Assembly: GCA_040954595.2 (NCBI GenBank)
Contig: CM082577.2
Span: 1,612,001 to 1,676,000, forward strand
Length of the DNA: 64,000 bases
Reading direction: 5' to 3'
Origin: Balanoglossus misakiensis
Taxonomy: Eukaryota; Animalia; Hemichordata
Notes under the pieces: generated by a model
Seen by the model: only the letters and a program-made list of their open reading frames with translations
What the model was told of the DNA's origin: nothing
Database searches by the model: none
In this document: positions 22,370 to 36,324 of the stretch, one piece after another
Layout: each line of letters starts with the position of its first letter
Position numbering within the stretch: the stretch's first letter is position 1
Position numbers and translations under genes: made by a program

Positions 22370-25300
22370 ATGACCGTATCGGATTCAAAAATATTTGGCG
22401 TCATCTATATCAACGACAGTTTTTTATTCAATATTTGCTCTCCCAAATCTTTCGAGGGTCTGTCGGTCAGGCGGGGAAAATTAGCAAATGGATATAATAA
22501 TGTACATAAGAAATCCCGTAAACACCGGCATTTTGCATTAAATTAAATTCAAAATTTAAAATATAGCCATACGATAGTAAAGCCCTCAGCTGTTTAACAC
22601 CCGGGTGGTGGTGCATCACACATGCAACACATCCGAACTGACAGGCCATAATTTGGCCGAGAAATTGGTATTAGTTGTGAATTAAAAGATTTCCACAACA
22701 GCGCCAAAATTACCCCCGCAACAAAATGTATAGTCCATTTTGCTGTATTTTAAATGACCACACGTACACTATGCGGTACATCCACCGTTTATCATCGCGA
22801 TTTGAGTAAATTTGCCAAACGCTTAGAACTTATCTTGTGTTTATCGTCGGACAGGTTCATTCTTAACCCATGAAAGGTTCATGAAAGTTCACGACTTTTT
22901 GTCTATGTTTAGTTTAGAAACCCGTCAGTCATTCGCTGGCCAGTTGGACGCCGACCAGCAACGCAAAACAGTAAAGCGTGATATTCACGTGCGCCATATT
23001 GACGCACCATCTTATTAGCATACTGTATTTGAGAGATTCTATCGTCGACTAAAAATAATCGTGTGACTTTGAAAGAAATGTCACAATTCAGAAGACTGTG
23101 TCGCGTGGTTTCGACCTTTGCCACTAGGGTCAGTATCTTTGCAAATACAACGTTGTCTTTGGGTACCTTCTAATTTGAATGCAGTACGGTTCACTTACAG
23201 AATGGTGTCTCCTGTGAGGAGTCGCTCGCTCGCGCACATAGATGACTGAAAGTAGATTACCTCCAAATCACTTAGTTAATGCGTCATCGCGGAGTGACGT
23301 AACTGCTGAATATATAAAGTCGGATGCCCGTCTGCTTTGAACCTTACAAGTACCCAGATGGCCTGAGTTTGGCTTGGTGGTATTAACAGAACGTTTTGCC
23401 TGGTAACACATGGCTGACATTGGGCCGACAGTTTGAGACTCGCCGATATCACCTGCCAATCGGAGCCATCGCACTCGGAGAGCGCCTTCAGAAACATGGG
23501 AACTGGACATCTTTAAAGACTGAATAATCGGCATTTCTGGTCAGAAATATATACCATATCTTTATCTTAAGTTACAAAACTTTCATTGCCGTAAACAGTC
23601 TGTTGATGTGATTGGCGTAATATCAAATTTGCAAGTACAAGTACATGTAGTTTTATACCGTGAAAAAATTCATTGGTTAATTTTACATTTCAAATAGATC
23701 AAATACAAGAAGTTGCTTTGTCGAAATAGTTGATGTTATTTGTTTTAATTTTAAAAGGGAATGTTATCTCTACACTTGAACAAATGATTCAGTAATTTCT
23801 TACGTGTTTTCCATAAATCCATGATATTAAGATCAAAATTTCCAAGCATACAGAAAATCATGACAAATGTTTCCTTTGAGACAAAAATAGAAACAAAACA
23901 AGAGAACAGATTTATCAGCTCAATTGGTTAAAGTACTCTCATCATTCTAAGCCGTGACAAATTGCATTGTGCGGCCATCAGGTGTGAACAACGACGATTT
24001 GTGACGGATGAACGATCGACAGAAATTGTCGGTCAATCACTCGCGCGCGCCGGGCGATGCCAAACCAATGACAAATGCCTATAGCTTGAAACATCAGCAG
24101 GGAACAAGCGGGGCGGGGGTGTGACAGATGAACTGTCGCGACTGAACTGTCCTGTCAATAACGCTTCAGTCTGAACGTACCTGAACCCTTTCACTGTCTT
24201 TAAATACCGTGGTTCGATCATGTTTTGTGCAATGGCGTGATTGGACCTACATACGTGGAAACAGAGGTGAAAAGTTGAGGACCAGGGTCGGGTTATCATG
24301 CCCCCATTTCAACATCGATCCAATTTTTTACCCCTTTTAGGAGGAATTTACTTTTTTGCTGGGGAACCTCGAGAGTTATGCTTTCCTCCGCGATGATTGG
24401 CCGAGCCCCACGTGTGCACACCACGCCAGGTGTGCGTCATGCCCACCTTGAATTACGTCACAAAGTCATCTTCTATTTTGATGCCAGAGATCAATAAATT
24501 GCATTACATTTCAACTTCGAAAGAATAATATGCTGACACCACCAAGGAACGAACAGCAAATACGTATCATTACACCCAAGATAGCACAAAAAAAAGGCCA
24601 CAGCCATCGCTGAGATTTCTCTCTGGCATTGATTTGAATATTTGGTTCTGCAGGATTGTAGTGGTGACGTCACGAAATCAGAAAGACTGCAGCTCGAATA
24701 CTGTGGTATCCACACGTCCCATTATTTTTTCTTATCTCTGCGCTATTATTATCTGCAACGCAGATACGCTCCCTGGATTCCAAAGTCAGTCAACAGAATA
24801 CAATTCACGTTACTTCGTCACGCATGCTCGGAAAGACCCACTCAACACCAAGCAACGGTTCCGGCGGATACTGTAGTGGTAATGTTCTCTCTGCAAATAT
24901 CAAATACTACCTAACCGACTATGTGGACAACGAAACCCACATACACTTATAGTATGCTCTGACTCAACGTAGTGGTCAGATAACATTTACGCTTGAATAT
25001 TTTCATCCCATGTTGCTTTGCTCGACGATAAACGGTTGTCATGACCCACATCATACAACAGCGCGCAGAAAAAAAAACGATTCATAAATTGCATCGCGCT
25101 CTTTAGACTACAGATTGAATAATTGGTACATGTTCAATTAGGCACATACCCTAACACCACGCGAGGACTAAGAGGCTGGAAGCACTGCGTAGTTTTTTCA
25201 TTCTTTATCATAGTTTTAGTTTTTCATCGAACTAAAACCAAGACGCTCACCCCAGATAATAGTAACCTTGCATACATGCACGTGCACTTCAGACGACAAA

Positions 25301-28300
25301 ATCTGACTTCAGTCTCATAAGCAAATTAGGCCACCTGAACTAACGTTTAAGTTAACCAAACACCCAAACCAAAGAAATCACTTCAAAATGCCCCGTGCAC
25401 GTGCAAGTCAGACAAATCTGGAAGGGGTTGGGGGTTGGGGTGTAACTCAACCAGAATAGGACCACTTGAACAAAAAACTAAAAATCGCATCTGATGACAA
25501 ATATTTACCGGGTCGCAGAAGTCAAAGTGGTGCGATTGTGATAAGCTCGTACTAACCTGAAAGTCCGACATTTCTTACGACCGCGGATGATGTATTGGTT
25601 GCTAAAGGACCTGTTAATTAATCATTAGAGGACGCAAGAAGACGTTTTTAGATTATGGCCGTGCTGGATGAGTGACAGTGAAGCCGTACGATGGGCCTGG
25701 TGTTAATGATAAGGGTGTTCGCAGGACTGACAGAAATTGCTGATGCGTCCGTCTAACGCCATTCATCTCCGTCAAGTTCTTCTCGGTGGATAGCCGTAAA
25801 TCTTGGCAGCGTTGAAGGGTCGTTTGTTTTTTTCCGGTGGTCCCCGGGATTTTAGTCCATCAAAAATGAGGCTTTGAGTATCTTACAAATAATTAATGGT
25901 CCTCAGGCAAGGTTCGCGGAACTTTCACGAACCCCGTTCGGCGAGGACAAGTAGGTCAATAGCTGGTGATTGAAAGTCGATTGTGCATGCGATGCACATG
26001 TGTGTGGATGTAGAGCAACTTATAGGTCAGTTGCACAGGTGGCAGTTGTGTAATATGGTAATTAGTTCCATTGCCAGGTAAGGTTTGATAGGCAAAATTT
26101 ATTCTCGCTGCAGTTTGAAGCAAGTTCAGACCACGTGTTGAGTGACGAGTATACCTATTCTCGCCCGGAGCTCGTGAAATGTAATGTCGCATTGAAACCA
26201 GGTGCGGAATTTTAGCCCGATGATCAAAAGAAACACAACTAAACCTATGCCCCTTCAATTATCCATGGCTTTGTTGATTTTTGGAGATGCCATGCCGTAA
26301 AGTAAACCCTGTTTAACGTTTTCCAACACCATCCCATTTCAAGTACCGGTAGAACACAGCAATATCAGACTACACACAATGATTGATTGTGCATATCAGG
26401 GCACTTACGTTACTTTCCAAGTATTTATAACTCTTGTTAAAGTTCTGCTTTCTCGTGATCCCACAGAGCGGTTCTGTTTACTGCAAAGATACAGGATACT
26501 AAACAGACTTTCGGACTAATCTCCGCCCCAGTTACCGAGCAGTAAAAGTCGACAACGGTGAGCGTAACCTGGATCTGGAGAAACCCAAGCGGGATCTCTC
26601 GAAGTTCCCAAGGGTCGTGTGTGAGACGGTTTGGCGGGAATTCCAGCGCGATCTCGGTGGATTTTGGTTACATGGCCATGGGGTCACCCCAGGCCTTTTC
26701 AAAACACTGTTCATCTATCCTGCCATTCAAATCAAATTTAACTTTCAGTCAGACCTCACCATCTACCTTCGAAGTTTACAAGTCTGGCTTCGATGCGGCG
26801 GCGAAAGTGGACACGGATGCAAGCCGACGTACGTGTTATTAAAGCCCCACTACCTGTAACTTTTTGGACATTCCCCCCTCTCAGTATTTTGATCAGTGTA
26901 TCAACCAAGCCACTTAATTCTTTTCGATCCGTTCCTTCCCGAAGGAATGTGTCAAGTTCGAAATGTTCTTACAAAATACACATTGCTTGCCGATAATTGC
27001 AGAGACGCCATGACCGATACACGCACAGACGTCAGTTCATTATTTCTATACACAACTCCCCTTTTGTTTACAGAGACACCGGCAACAGGAATTTGTTTAC
27101 AGTAAAACCCATTCGCGGTCAGATTTTTGGTAAACGAGATGGCTTTCATAGCTCCTCGCATTTCATTTCAACGCCCCATCAGCTACAAAATAATTGTCTA
27201 AACGTTTGTAGGAATTTAAAAGCGGACCTCAAGTAATTACGTTGGTTTATTCTCGAGGTCCTTGGAGTTCGTGGTACGCTTTGGGTTTTTCTATTTATTT
27301 ATTTTGCATTTTTATTCCCCCTCGTTCCAGACTTTGGCACACATTCCAATGGTCATACTGTAAAACACCCGGGATAACGGGTTGAGATGATGGGCAATAT
27401 AGTTGTGCGAATTCACGTGACGAGAGACTTTGATGACAGGTTAACGGGTGAAATCTGAGATAAAAAGACCAATTAGTTGATTAGAAAGTTATCTTGGCCA
27501 CCAGGTGGGACGTGCTCATCACCATTATATTCTGATTATTTCTCTAGGGTCTATGGACAAAACAAACGCCATCACGTACATGTCATCACGTATAAGCCTA
27601 AACAAATTACACGCATAAAGAAATGTTGACATTTATGTCACCTAGGTGACTTTTGCCGCCAAGATTTAAGAGTTCAATGCACCTTTTCTAAGTAGCAACA
27701 TCTGCTAAAGAAGATGGGTTTCACATTTTGAGACAAGTTATTCTTACATCCTGACACTTTTATAGGAAACACGTTTTGGTGAAATATGTGACCGACCATC
27801 AAAACCCCCTTTTTAAACTAATGCTGCCTAGAATGACTGTGCATGCGCAGACTGATCCGATATGGAACGACAGACAAAAAGTCGTATCTCAGCCCAAAAT
27901 GATCATGTATGTGGACATCATAAGCCATCGGGGGACCTTGACCTATTACTCTCCGAGTCCATTAAAGTCTTCGAAGTAATCTACAGCTTGAACGATTACA
28001 CGGTAAATGCCCGGGGAATATCGGTTGCATTGAATGACCCCTCTGTGGCATTTTCCCACCACTTTTTGCCAACAACTTTTAGTCAGTGTCTGCGTCACAA
28101 CAGTTGCTTCAGCTGTTAACTGTCTCTTGCAGAGTAGTCGGCTTAACCATGTGATAAACATTAACCCCCACCCAGCTTTCAAATCTAGAATATCGGTTCA
28201 GATGTTGGTCTTGTGATCCACAGGAATGGCATGGCTTTGAAAAAGACCACAACAATCTTGTGGTCGCGATCCGCAAGATGTTATCAAACAGTGTACTATA

Positions 28301-29554
28301 CGTCAACGAAATGAAAACGAATCTTTTGCATCATGTTCTAAGCTTCCTTGATCCGTTGTGTTGAAAGTGTCTTGGTGTCTCTCAGATGAAAGAGTTTTTT
28401 TCTCACTGTTCGAATTTGAACGACTTGTCTTCCATCTTTCATAAGGCGTGCTCTAATGTCCAAACTGCAGTTGGTCTTACTTAGCCAAAACATTTCATGA
28501 GCCGTATTATTATAGATTTTGTAGGTCACGTTATCTTCACAAATTTGAAGTATTTCATGATTTGTATGTGTGTGTTCCTTATCATAAGCACATAACTATA
28601 TCGTTCGACCTCCTGGCCACCTCGAAGGTTTACGGAGTTGAAATCACGGCAACAAACAGTACCACGGTTTGAACTGTACCCTCAGAGCAATTACAAGCTA
28701 AATAGTTTCAGACAATGGGTGCGGAAATTAAGGCGAACCTTCGGTGAAGTGTCACTAAACCGCGAAAAAAGGCGCTTGCCGGCATTTGAACACATCACTC
28801 ACTGAGATTGACACCTCTCTCGGTATTGCCGAAGGGTATCTTCTAAGGACGGTTGGGTTGGCAGTAAGCCTTCACCCGGGACAGTACAGGACCTTCGCGA
28901 CTCCGGAGTCACGGGGTCACGGGCAACGTACCGTGGCAAATCAACATCGTCAACGCAACGTCAATTTTCTGTGTGCAAAGACAAGATAAAAGGTAATACA
29001 AGTAAATACCAGTGAACTCCAAGACGTATTTTCAACGTTGCCGGATGAAATACTGACGGATGCGGTATCGCACCTCATGATGCGCGGCGATGCAATGTCC
29101 TTTCCATGTTTCCATTTATTGAATTGTCATTATTTTGGCGTATGGGGTGCCTTGTTTTCGCTTCATCGCAGCCGCACAGAGAAATAAGGAGAAGGTTCCA
29201 CAAGGCGTATTATGACTGAGGTTTTAATCTCCGACTGTTTGCAAATATTGCAAACCAAAAGTGGACGTGACGTTTATGAAATGTTACCATTTCAGACCCA
29301 ACTGCAAGTTGACTAAACATAATATAAACAGTATCCATGATAATACGTATATTTTGCTGGTAAACCTTGTATTGGTCTGGCTGTGACACAGCCTAAGGGA
29401 AAGCAAACATATGAAAACCGTGGCTACTCAAGCATTCACCGAACGAGGTAGGACTAATGTTATTCTGACGTACGATTTATACAACAATCGCACGGCGTTT
29501 CGACAACTGGCCACTTTACATTCTTGCATAGTATAAAACAATGCCAAAGTTGGT

Positions 29555-29573
29555 CCACCACCTGATGGCGCTG
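29555..29573 (+). promoter_or_regulatory. CTCF-like motif
   Basis: CCACCACCTGATGGCGCTG, about 220 bp beyond the stop codon of SDR copy 4. Confidence 0.45.
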
Positions 29574-29793
29574 TTGCAACAAAAGTCACGTGCACCGTCC
29601 TCCAGCATAGTACGTTATTTGATTGGCTAACTTTCCTTTTCTTCATTCAGAATGAAGCCGGCCACACCAAAGACCCGAATTTGCATAACCAAGTACACAC
29701 CACCCTTTGCTGTATGCGCGACGGCGCAGTTTTGTGATGAGAGTTTTCAAGCTTGGAAAGTACTCGTTGACATTGACGCACATTCAACTGGCC

Positions 29794-32285
29794 TCAGAGG
29801 TCGATCAGTTTCATGGGATCATCTGGCAGTACTGCGCACACGATTCCATTCATGTTTCCCGCGTATTTGACTAATTTGACCACAGTGTCAGTGATGGAAG
29901 ACATCCTGTAAGGTCAAAGATGACAATGACGAGCATGAATCAGGGCAAGGGCTCAAGCAAAATACAAAATATCATCATCATCATCACCATCATCATCACC
30001 ATCATCATCATCATCGTCATCATCATCATAGAGGATGTGTTCCATATTCCTAAAAAGTCAAATTCTCAACAACAGAATCCACCAATGGGAAACATCGTAC
30101 TTACGGTACAAAATCCTCTTCATCATTCATCTGTTGAAATTTGTCCAGATATCGACACGACACCTTCTGCTGTATGCGCGTGTCCACTTTACCAGGACAA
30201 ATCACTGCAACCTGTACATTGTTCTCCAGAAACATCGGTTCCTTCTGCAGAATAATGAAAAGTTGGTAATTTGATTACTAGAGGTTAAATTGCGATTTGT
30301 TTTTCCTTCCCCATTTCTGCCACTTGACCAGAACAGAATTTGAACAGAGAAGTTGAAGAATCCAATTAAGGAATTGTTACTTTCATTTTGGTATTATGTT
30401 AATGTTTGGTAAGGTATTCACTAATATTGTACATATAGATACATACATGTCGAATAGACTGATACGTGTAGATGGATGGATGGATGGACGGACACGAGCT
30501 ACTTACGGCAACATTTCTTGTGAAGGAAACTACTGCATGTTTTGTCGCGCCATATATTGGCAACACTGGATTCACAATGTAACCTGAAGATGATGGATAA
30601 TGATAATGATGGACATGTGAGCATTTGGTAGAGAAGTATAACGCTAAGGATGCAGCAATGGGGCTGTGACACTGTAGATGGTTACAATCAAATTCAGTTT
30701 ACATGAACCTACCGTTCACTGATGCTATGTTGATAACGATACCACCTTCTCCACCGTTTTTGGTTCCCATGTATTGCACTCCCAGATAGGTGCCCCTGAT
30801 GACGCCTTTCTGTGAAGAAAAAAACCCAAAAGTATGTCTATTGTGTTTTGATCGAAGAGTGTTATTTACACAGCAGTTTTTGAGTGGATATAGCGGCTCT
30901 AGTGGCCAGCTACATCTTGCAGTGGTTGATGATGACATCCATCAGTTTCTGTCGTAGTTAATGACGTTAAGGTCAGGCAAACGATCATAGACATTGGTGA
31001 ACATGATCAAAGTCACCATGCTAAACGGGCAGGGGAAGATTACACAACTTTCCCCATCAAAACACCATACTGACGTTGTCCCTATCAACTGTTGGTATCC
31101 AGGCGACCGCCAACTTACCACATTGATATCGACCGTCGATTCCCAGTCAAGTTCGTCCTGAATACCAGCATTGTTGACCACCACGTGCAACCTGCCAAAT
31201 TTGTTCTTCACTTGCACAAAGGCACCTGGAACATAACGAGACACGGAAATTTAATTGAGAGCTAATCTGGATCACTGCGGCTTCCCAACATCGCCTGCTT
31301 CACTTTGCGTTGTGCCAACGAAGTACATGTCCACTGCACTTTCGGAGCAGACATTGCGCCAGCTTCAAAATGCACAGAAAGACGAGAGGATGTGAGGGCG
31401 CTCTCCCCCATAATTCTCGGGTTCAACGGCACGGTTAACTCCGCGAAGTTTTATTTTCACTGGAAAAATGCCAGTACATGAAAAAAGTCATGCCACACTC
31501 ATATACAGGGCCAATTGACGGATAAACGTCTTTCCGTTGGCAACAAGTGCCTTACCTTCAAGATCTTGCTTGCACGACACGTCACAGCGAATGAAAACTA
31601 TTTTGTCATCGCCGCATGAATATTCCTTCTTCAGTTTTTCGACCGTTTCTTTCCCCTGTTCTTCGTTATTATCAAGAATAACTACGCCCTGCAATTACAT
31701 GCACCAAAAAGTACGAAAATCTTCAAATTGTTTATCTGGTTAAAAGTCTTAGGGTTGTTTCCTAGATTGCAATGAACCAGAGTTCGGGTTTGTAACCTGA
31801 ACCAATTTGCGTTTCACTTCCTTTGACAGAGGAAAAATATGACACCTCTAAATCGAAAGACAACTCCTGGGTCACTCCAATCTCAAAAAAATCAGAATCT
31901 GAAATACAGATCTTTCCGATGCTCTGAGCAGCCTTTCGGCGATTTGGCTATCCGCACATCTGTAGTGTAGTTGTTTTTCGATCATCGAAAATCCCCTTGA
32001 TCGTTTCATTAAATTGTAGATTTCTCTATGACCAACTTGGAAACGCTTGCGATTGTTAAAAAATTATCAATAGCTTTTTATTTTCACTACGATTTAGGAT
32101 AGTCAAGAAAATGACGTTTCGGGAAAAAAACCTCCATCAGCAAGAGATATAAAACACACAAATATTACAGAAACGTACGTGATAGCACGTACCTGTGCCC
32201 GTCCTTCGAGGAATCTCTCTGCTATCGCCTTTCCGATACCTTCCGCGCCACCGGTAACTATGGCTACTAGCCCTTCTATTTCCAT
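29794..32285 (-). CDS. HPGD: HPGD-like classical SDR, copy 4 (divergent, inverted; 7 exons, 252 aa)
   Basis: Exons (-) 32285-32193, 31688-31556, 31225-31119, 30809-30713, 30583-30507, 30244-30105, 29905-29794 (759 nt). Intron positions and phases match copies 1-3. Motifs: TGGAEGIG, ILDNN, NNAG, NIASVNG, YGATK, ICPG, MNGIVCAVLPDDPMKLIDL*. Confidence 0.9.
29969..30029 (+). repeat. (ATC)n microsatellite in intron 6 of SDR copy 4
   Basis: About 20 ATC/ACC/GTC triplets. Confidence 0.95.
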
Positions 32286-32404
32286 ATTTATAGCTGGATA
32301 ACAGTTCCGATAAGTTTTGACAATTTAGGGCACTTTGAGAGTTAGAATGCTTCCCCGTTACTGCTCTGCTGCAAACGCGGAAGTGTTTATACCATCAGAT
32401 GACG

Positions 32405-32470
32405 GCAATTTCGTTGCGCATGCGCCGACAGGTCACGGAATTGGGTCAAGGCCTACTTTCCTGAGTCACA
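32405..32470 (-). promoter_or_regulatory. Proximal promoter motifs of SDR copy 4
   Basis: TGCGCATGCGC (NRF1-type palindrome, about 32415-32425), AGGTCA and GGGTCA half-sites (about 32430-32448) and TGAGTCA (AP-1-type, 32462-32468), all 130-185 bp upstream of the ATG. Confidence 0.45.
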
Positions 32471-35400
32471 TGCAATTGTTGCGACGATGAATAATAATAC
32501 GGGTTTAACTTCGCTGACCAGCGGCCGACATTACCACTCCAAGGGAAAGTGGGTAACCAAACGTCTTCCTCACAATTTTAAGATATCAAAAAATATCCAG
32601 AAACAATTGTTGCCGTTCTTTTACTGTATCATAACTTCTTATTTCAAATAATCTTCTGCAATTTTCCCCATTCCGGATAAATGGATCTTTGTACCTATTC
32701 TTTTCCTCTTTATCACATCTCGTATACTTCCCATTAAAAAACACATTTAATATTTCGTTTGTGGGGTTTATGTGACAATCTGAGACGGTTCCAAACGATC
32801 AATGTGCGGTTATTGGCAGGTCACAGCGGCGCTTTCACTTCGGTTGGATATTGAATATTCAAATGACAACTTTCAGGCACTTGCGACACAAATGGCAACC
32901 ACCGATTGGCTGGAATTGTTACACAGCTGGCCTTTGTAATTATGTGTGCAGCAAAAGTGAAAATTCAAAACACTAATCTCTTGCAATTACATCTAGTCGA
33001 TATCGCGGTTAGGCCTACGTTGTGTCTAGTATAGCTCTGCGTACATGCCCATCATCCATGTCCCGTAGAACTAAAGTTCAAGTTCGACATAGTATTAAAA
33101 CAGAGTAGACTGAATTTTTCTTTTCGTGTGAATTTTATTTTTCGTATGGAATGAGAATGGTGATTGAACCCACTGGCTGTACTATATTCACATCGGCGTA
33201 AACCACGACCTCTACACGGCACGGCAACAGTGGCTCGACGCGGGAATGGGTGTTTTCAATGCATGCAATGAGAGATGTATAAAACCCAATTCAGAAACAA
33301 CATGTATTACCTCGTTGAAGAACGAGTCAAACAAGAATCCAGTTCAAGATGAACATAACCTACAGGAGGCAATTTTACTGTACGAGTTCATGCGAAAATG
33401 GATATCAAAAATGTGCTACTTGGAAACATGCACAGAAAAACGGCGGGGCCCTGTCACGTACTTGGATAGTTGTCACAATGTTTCACTTTCAGTTCCTGTC
33501 AAGGCACAAGAGAACAATGGTCGCCATTTTCCAAACCGCGTGGTACTGAGAAGCAAATCTTCGGTGTGAAGAGAAGAAACTGTTAAATCACAAACAGAAA
33601 ACTCACCAGTTCAGAAACCTACGGCTAGTATTAAATATGATGAAGCTGCTCTAACTCTAACAGACATTAAAAATGAGGTACTGAGACGAATGTATGAGAC
33701 CAAGCAGGCCCACTGCAATTATCCTGCAGTGGGGTCATCAAGCTCAAGTCTCAGTTTGATCTATGTGTTGGCTTGAACACCAAAGTCACGCCGTTTCCAC
33801 CGCGTCACAGTGAGCAACAGGAATAACCTTTACACTTGACATGCATCGCTGCGGCCAAGGTAGCTCACTACGACGTGTGAATTCGGAAGGATCATGGACC
33901 GTAATCCATGAAACGACTATGGCGCCTCCATCTTGCATCTGCACACAGGTACCAGCAGTACATGCTGACAAGGCTAGTTTTTTTAACTTAGATATTCTCC
34001 GACCACGCAGAAAACTAGCCATAACAACTGCTTGGTTTCAATTCGGAGATAATTTTGGGGGTTAGGGTTAACTCACGGACGTTTTTCGTGAGTTGACCAG
34101 AGTTCCGCAGCGAAGCGAACCTCCGGCATGCCAGCATCACAGCTGACTGGTACTGCGTGAGGAATTTCGGCGCAGGCGCAGCTGCAGCTTAGCCATCCTT
34201 TCTAGAGGGCGCCATGTACGACCTTATTTCATCCGTGAAAATAATTTTGCCGGCAACGACGACGTAATCGTCTGTACGTATGCGATAGTGACGGGTTGGC
34301 CTACACCCCTAGAATATGGCTGCCTCCACAAATAACTTTTCATTATAAGAAACGAGAACTATATTTTTAAGCGAATTTATGGTGGTATTTTGGTTTTACT
34401 GTAATTTTAACCCCCGTAATATGATCATCTGTCAGTTCCGTGGAAGAATCGGGATAAAATGTTTTCTGTAAAAAATAAATGCTCTTACTGCCAATACATG
34501 TTGGTATATTAATTTAATTAATTTCTGGTAAAGTCGAGTACAGACAAAATACAGATACAAGGGTTGACGATAGCATGCCGAAAGAACATCTGAATATTAT
34601 CCATTAGTAGTATTCATATTAATACCATAATGTATTTGAATTTATAGATTATTAAAATGGGTTTTACTCGAGTTCAAATTTCAGACCGTTATTAATGTCT
34701 GCCGGTGTGTTTTAAAGGCACGTAAGCTGCAGTCTTCATGAAGAATTAATTTTGGTACAACAAGCTTGGAGGTTGGAGAATGACCATCAAAAGTGGTGAG
34801 CTGTGACCTGAAGCGTTCAGTAAATAAGATACCAAGTGAGACACGATATGTGTTCAAGGTATTCCCAGGATTCATTTCTGAACAATTTCTCGTCCTCTAA
34901 GGAAACTGTCGCAAGTAAAAAAAACTAAGTTCTTCGAGAGAGAAAACAAAAGTCTTTGAGAAATTTTACCAGAGAGGGCGTCACACATTTCTCTGGCGTC
35001 TGGGAGCCACCAACTGCCACTGCCGACAGATTGTGGTTCCCGACTTCAGATGACAGGTGGTGTTCTCCGCAATTTTGTTTGTACTTTGCTGTAGAAGATT
35101 TCAATTTGGCTGCAGAGAACTGCAATTTGCTTTGACAGGTAAGGCGACTATGCAGCTACTGAAACCAACATTTGAATTTCACAGGGAAACACTCATTTTC
35201 ACTGGTATAGACAAGGAGACTGCTTTTTTCAGTGAGGTGTTCCGTGTTGAAATGCAAGGAGGTTTAAGAATATGTTTCGCATCGAAATTCAAGCAAGCTT
35301 AATAATATATGTATCGTCATTTTCTTGACATTTTCACAAGGGGCCCCGTAGTAGAAACCACATTCAAATATTACCATGTTTGACGTCACGGTTGATAGCA

Positions 35401-35561
35401 CAGTGCAAACATTTCTTCCTCGAGAGAGAAACTGAATACTCCTATAGACAGAGAAGGTTGGATACATGTAATACAGTTACCTTGGCAATGTTGATATATT
35501 GATCAAAGAAATAAATGCAGCAGATTTTCCCCCTGTGCCTTGCGAAGCTTGAGAGTTCGTG

Positions 35562-35619
35562 GGTGACTCAAATATAATATAGATTATGATGGTGACTCAA
35601 ATATAATATAGATTATGAT
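35562..35619 (+). repeat. Exact 29-bp tandem duplication
   Basis: ggtgactcaaatataatatagattatgat x2; each unit contains TGACTCA. Confidence 0.9.
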
Positions 35620-36324
35620 AATTGATTTTCTCCAGCAAATCGAAATTTGCCCACGTACTTTCTGTACGTTTCTCGCACTGTGACAGTCATATGTCGACAT
35701 TCGATCGATTCACTTCTCCGATGTTCACTTGTTAGAGTGGCATATTAGCAATCACAGGAAATGCGAGACTTTTTTTCACAATGCGCAAGTTGCGTCGCTG
35801 AGTGTTCTTGAAACGTTGACAGCAAGATTTCAAGCCGTAGAAAGTTCCTTGGTTAATCTTGCTACATCGAGAATAGTCCTTGACCATAGGCTTAACCACT
35901 AGCGAGCTCGGAGTGATGAGTTCATCTTTGCGATTCAATTCCTCATTAAAGAATCAAGAAATGATTTTAAACAAGGGGATTTTACATTTTGAACTGTATT
36001 GTAGGATATAGCATAATGTAATCGTGTGTGTACATGTACACATACCTGTACAGTGAAATGTGTTTACGTACCGTGCGTATGTGTACTCATTGCGAGTAGG
36101 CCTACTACTGTGCTCATTTGCGTATACACTACGATCTATTTTAACAATAATGACGATTTCAAAATACTGGCAATTCGTATATACTGCAGACTTCATTTTA
36201 ACCTGATGCCCTAGTTGTTGGTCTATGTAAGTCCAACATATACGGTACACCTATGCCGATCACATCTACTAGAAAATAGAGTTGTCCTCTTGTTCCGCAC
36301 CAACAAAAGCCAGCGGGCTTTCAT

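Noticed and set aside
26500-26859. Open frame of more than 100 codons on the + strand
   Set aside because: No ATG start, no recognisable domain and no partner exons.
29920-30255. 111-aa ORF with poly-Ile
   Set aside because: It is the (ATC)n repeat plus the antisense of SDR copy 4 exon 6.
29794-30712. SDR copy 4 as a truncated pseudogene (the ORF track shows only exons 1-4)
   Set aside because: Manual reading found in-frame exons 5-7 with canonical splice sites and YGATK.
33155-33235. tRNA or tRNA-derived SINE-like segment on the - strand (GGTTCAATC B-box-like)
   Set aside because: No cloverleaf could be folded and the A-box is poor. At most it is a decayed SINE.
33246-35302. Short ORFs (107 aa, 81 aa and others) between SDR copy 4 and DHX40
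   Set aside because: No recognisable motifs or consistent splice structure; probably non-coding or decayed repeat.
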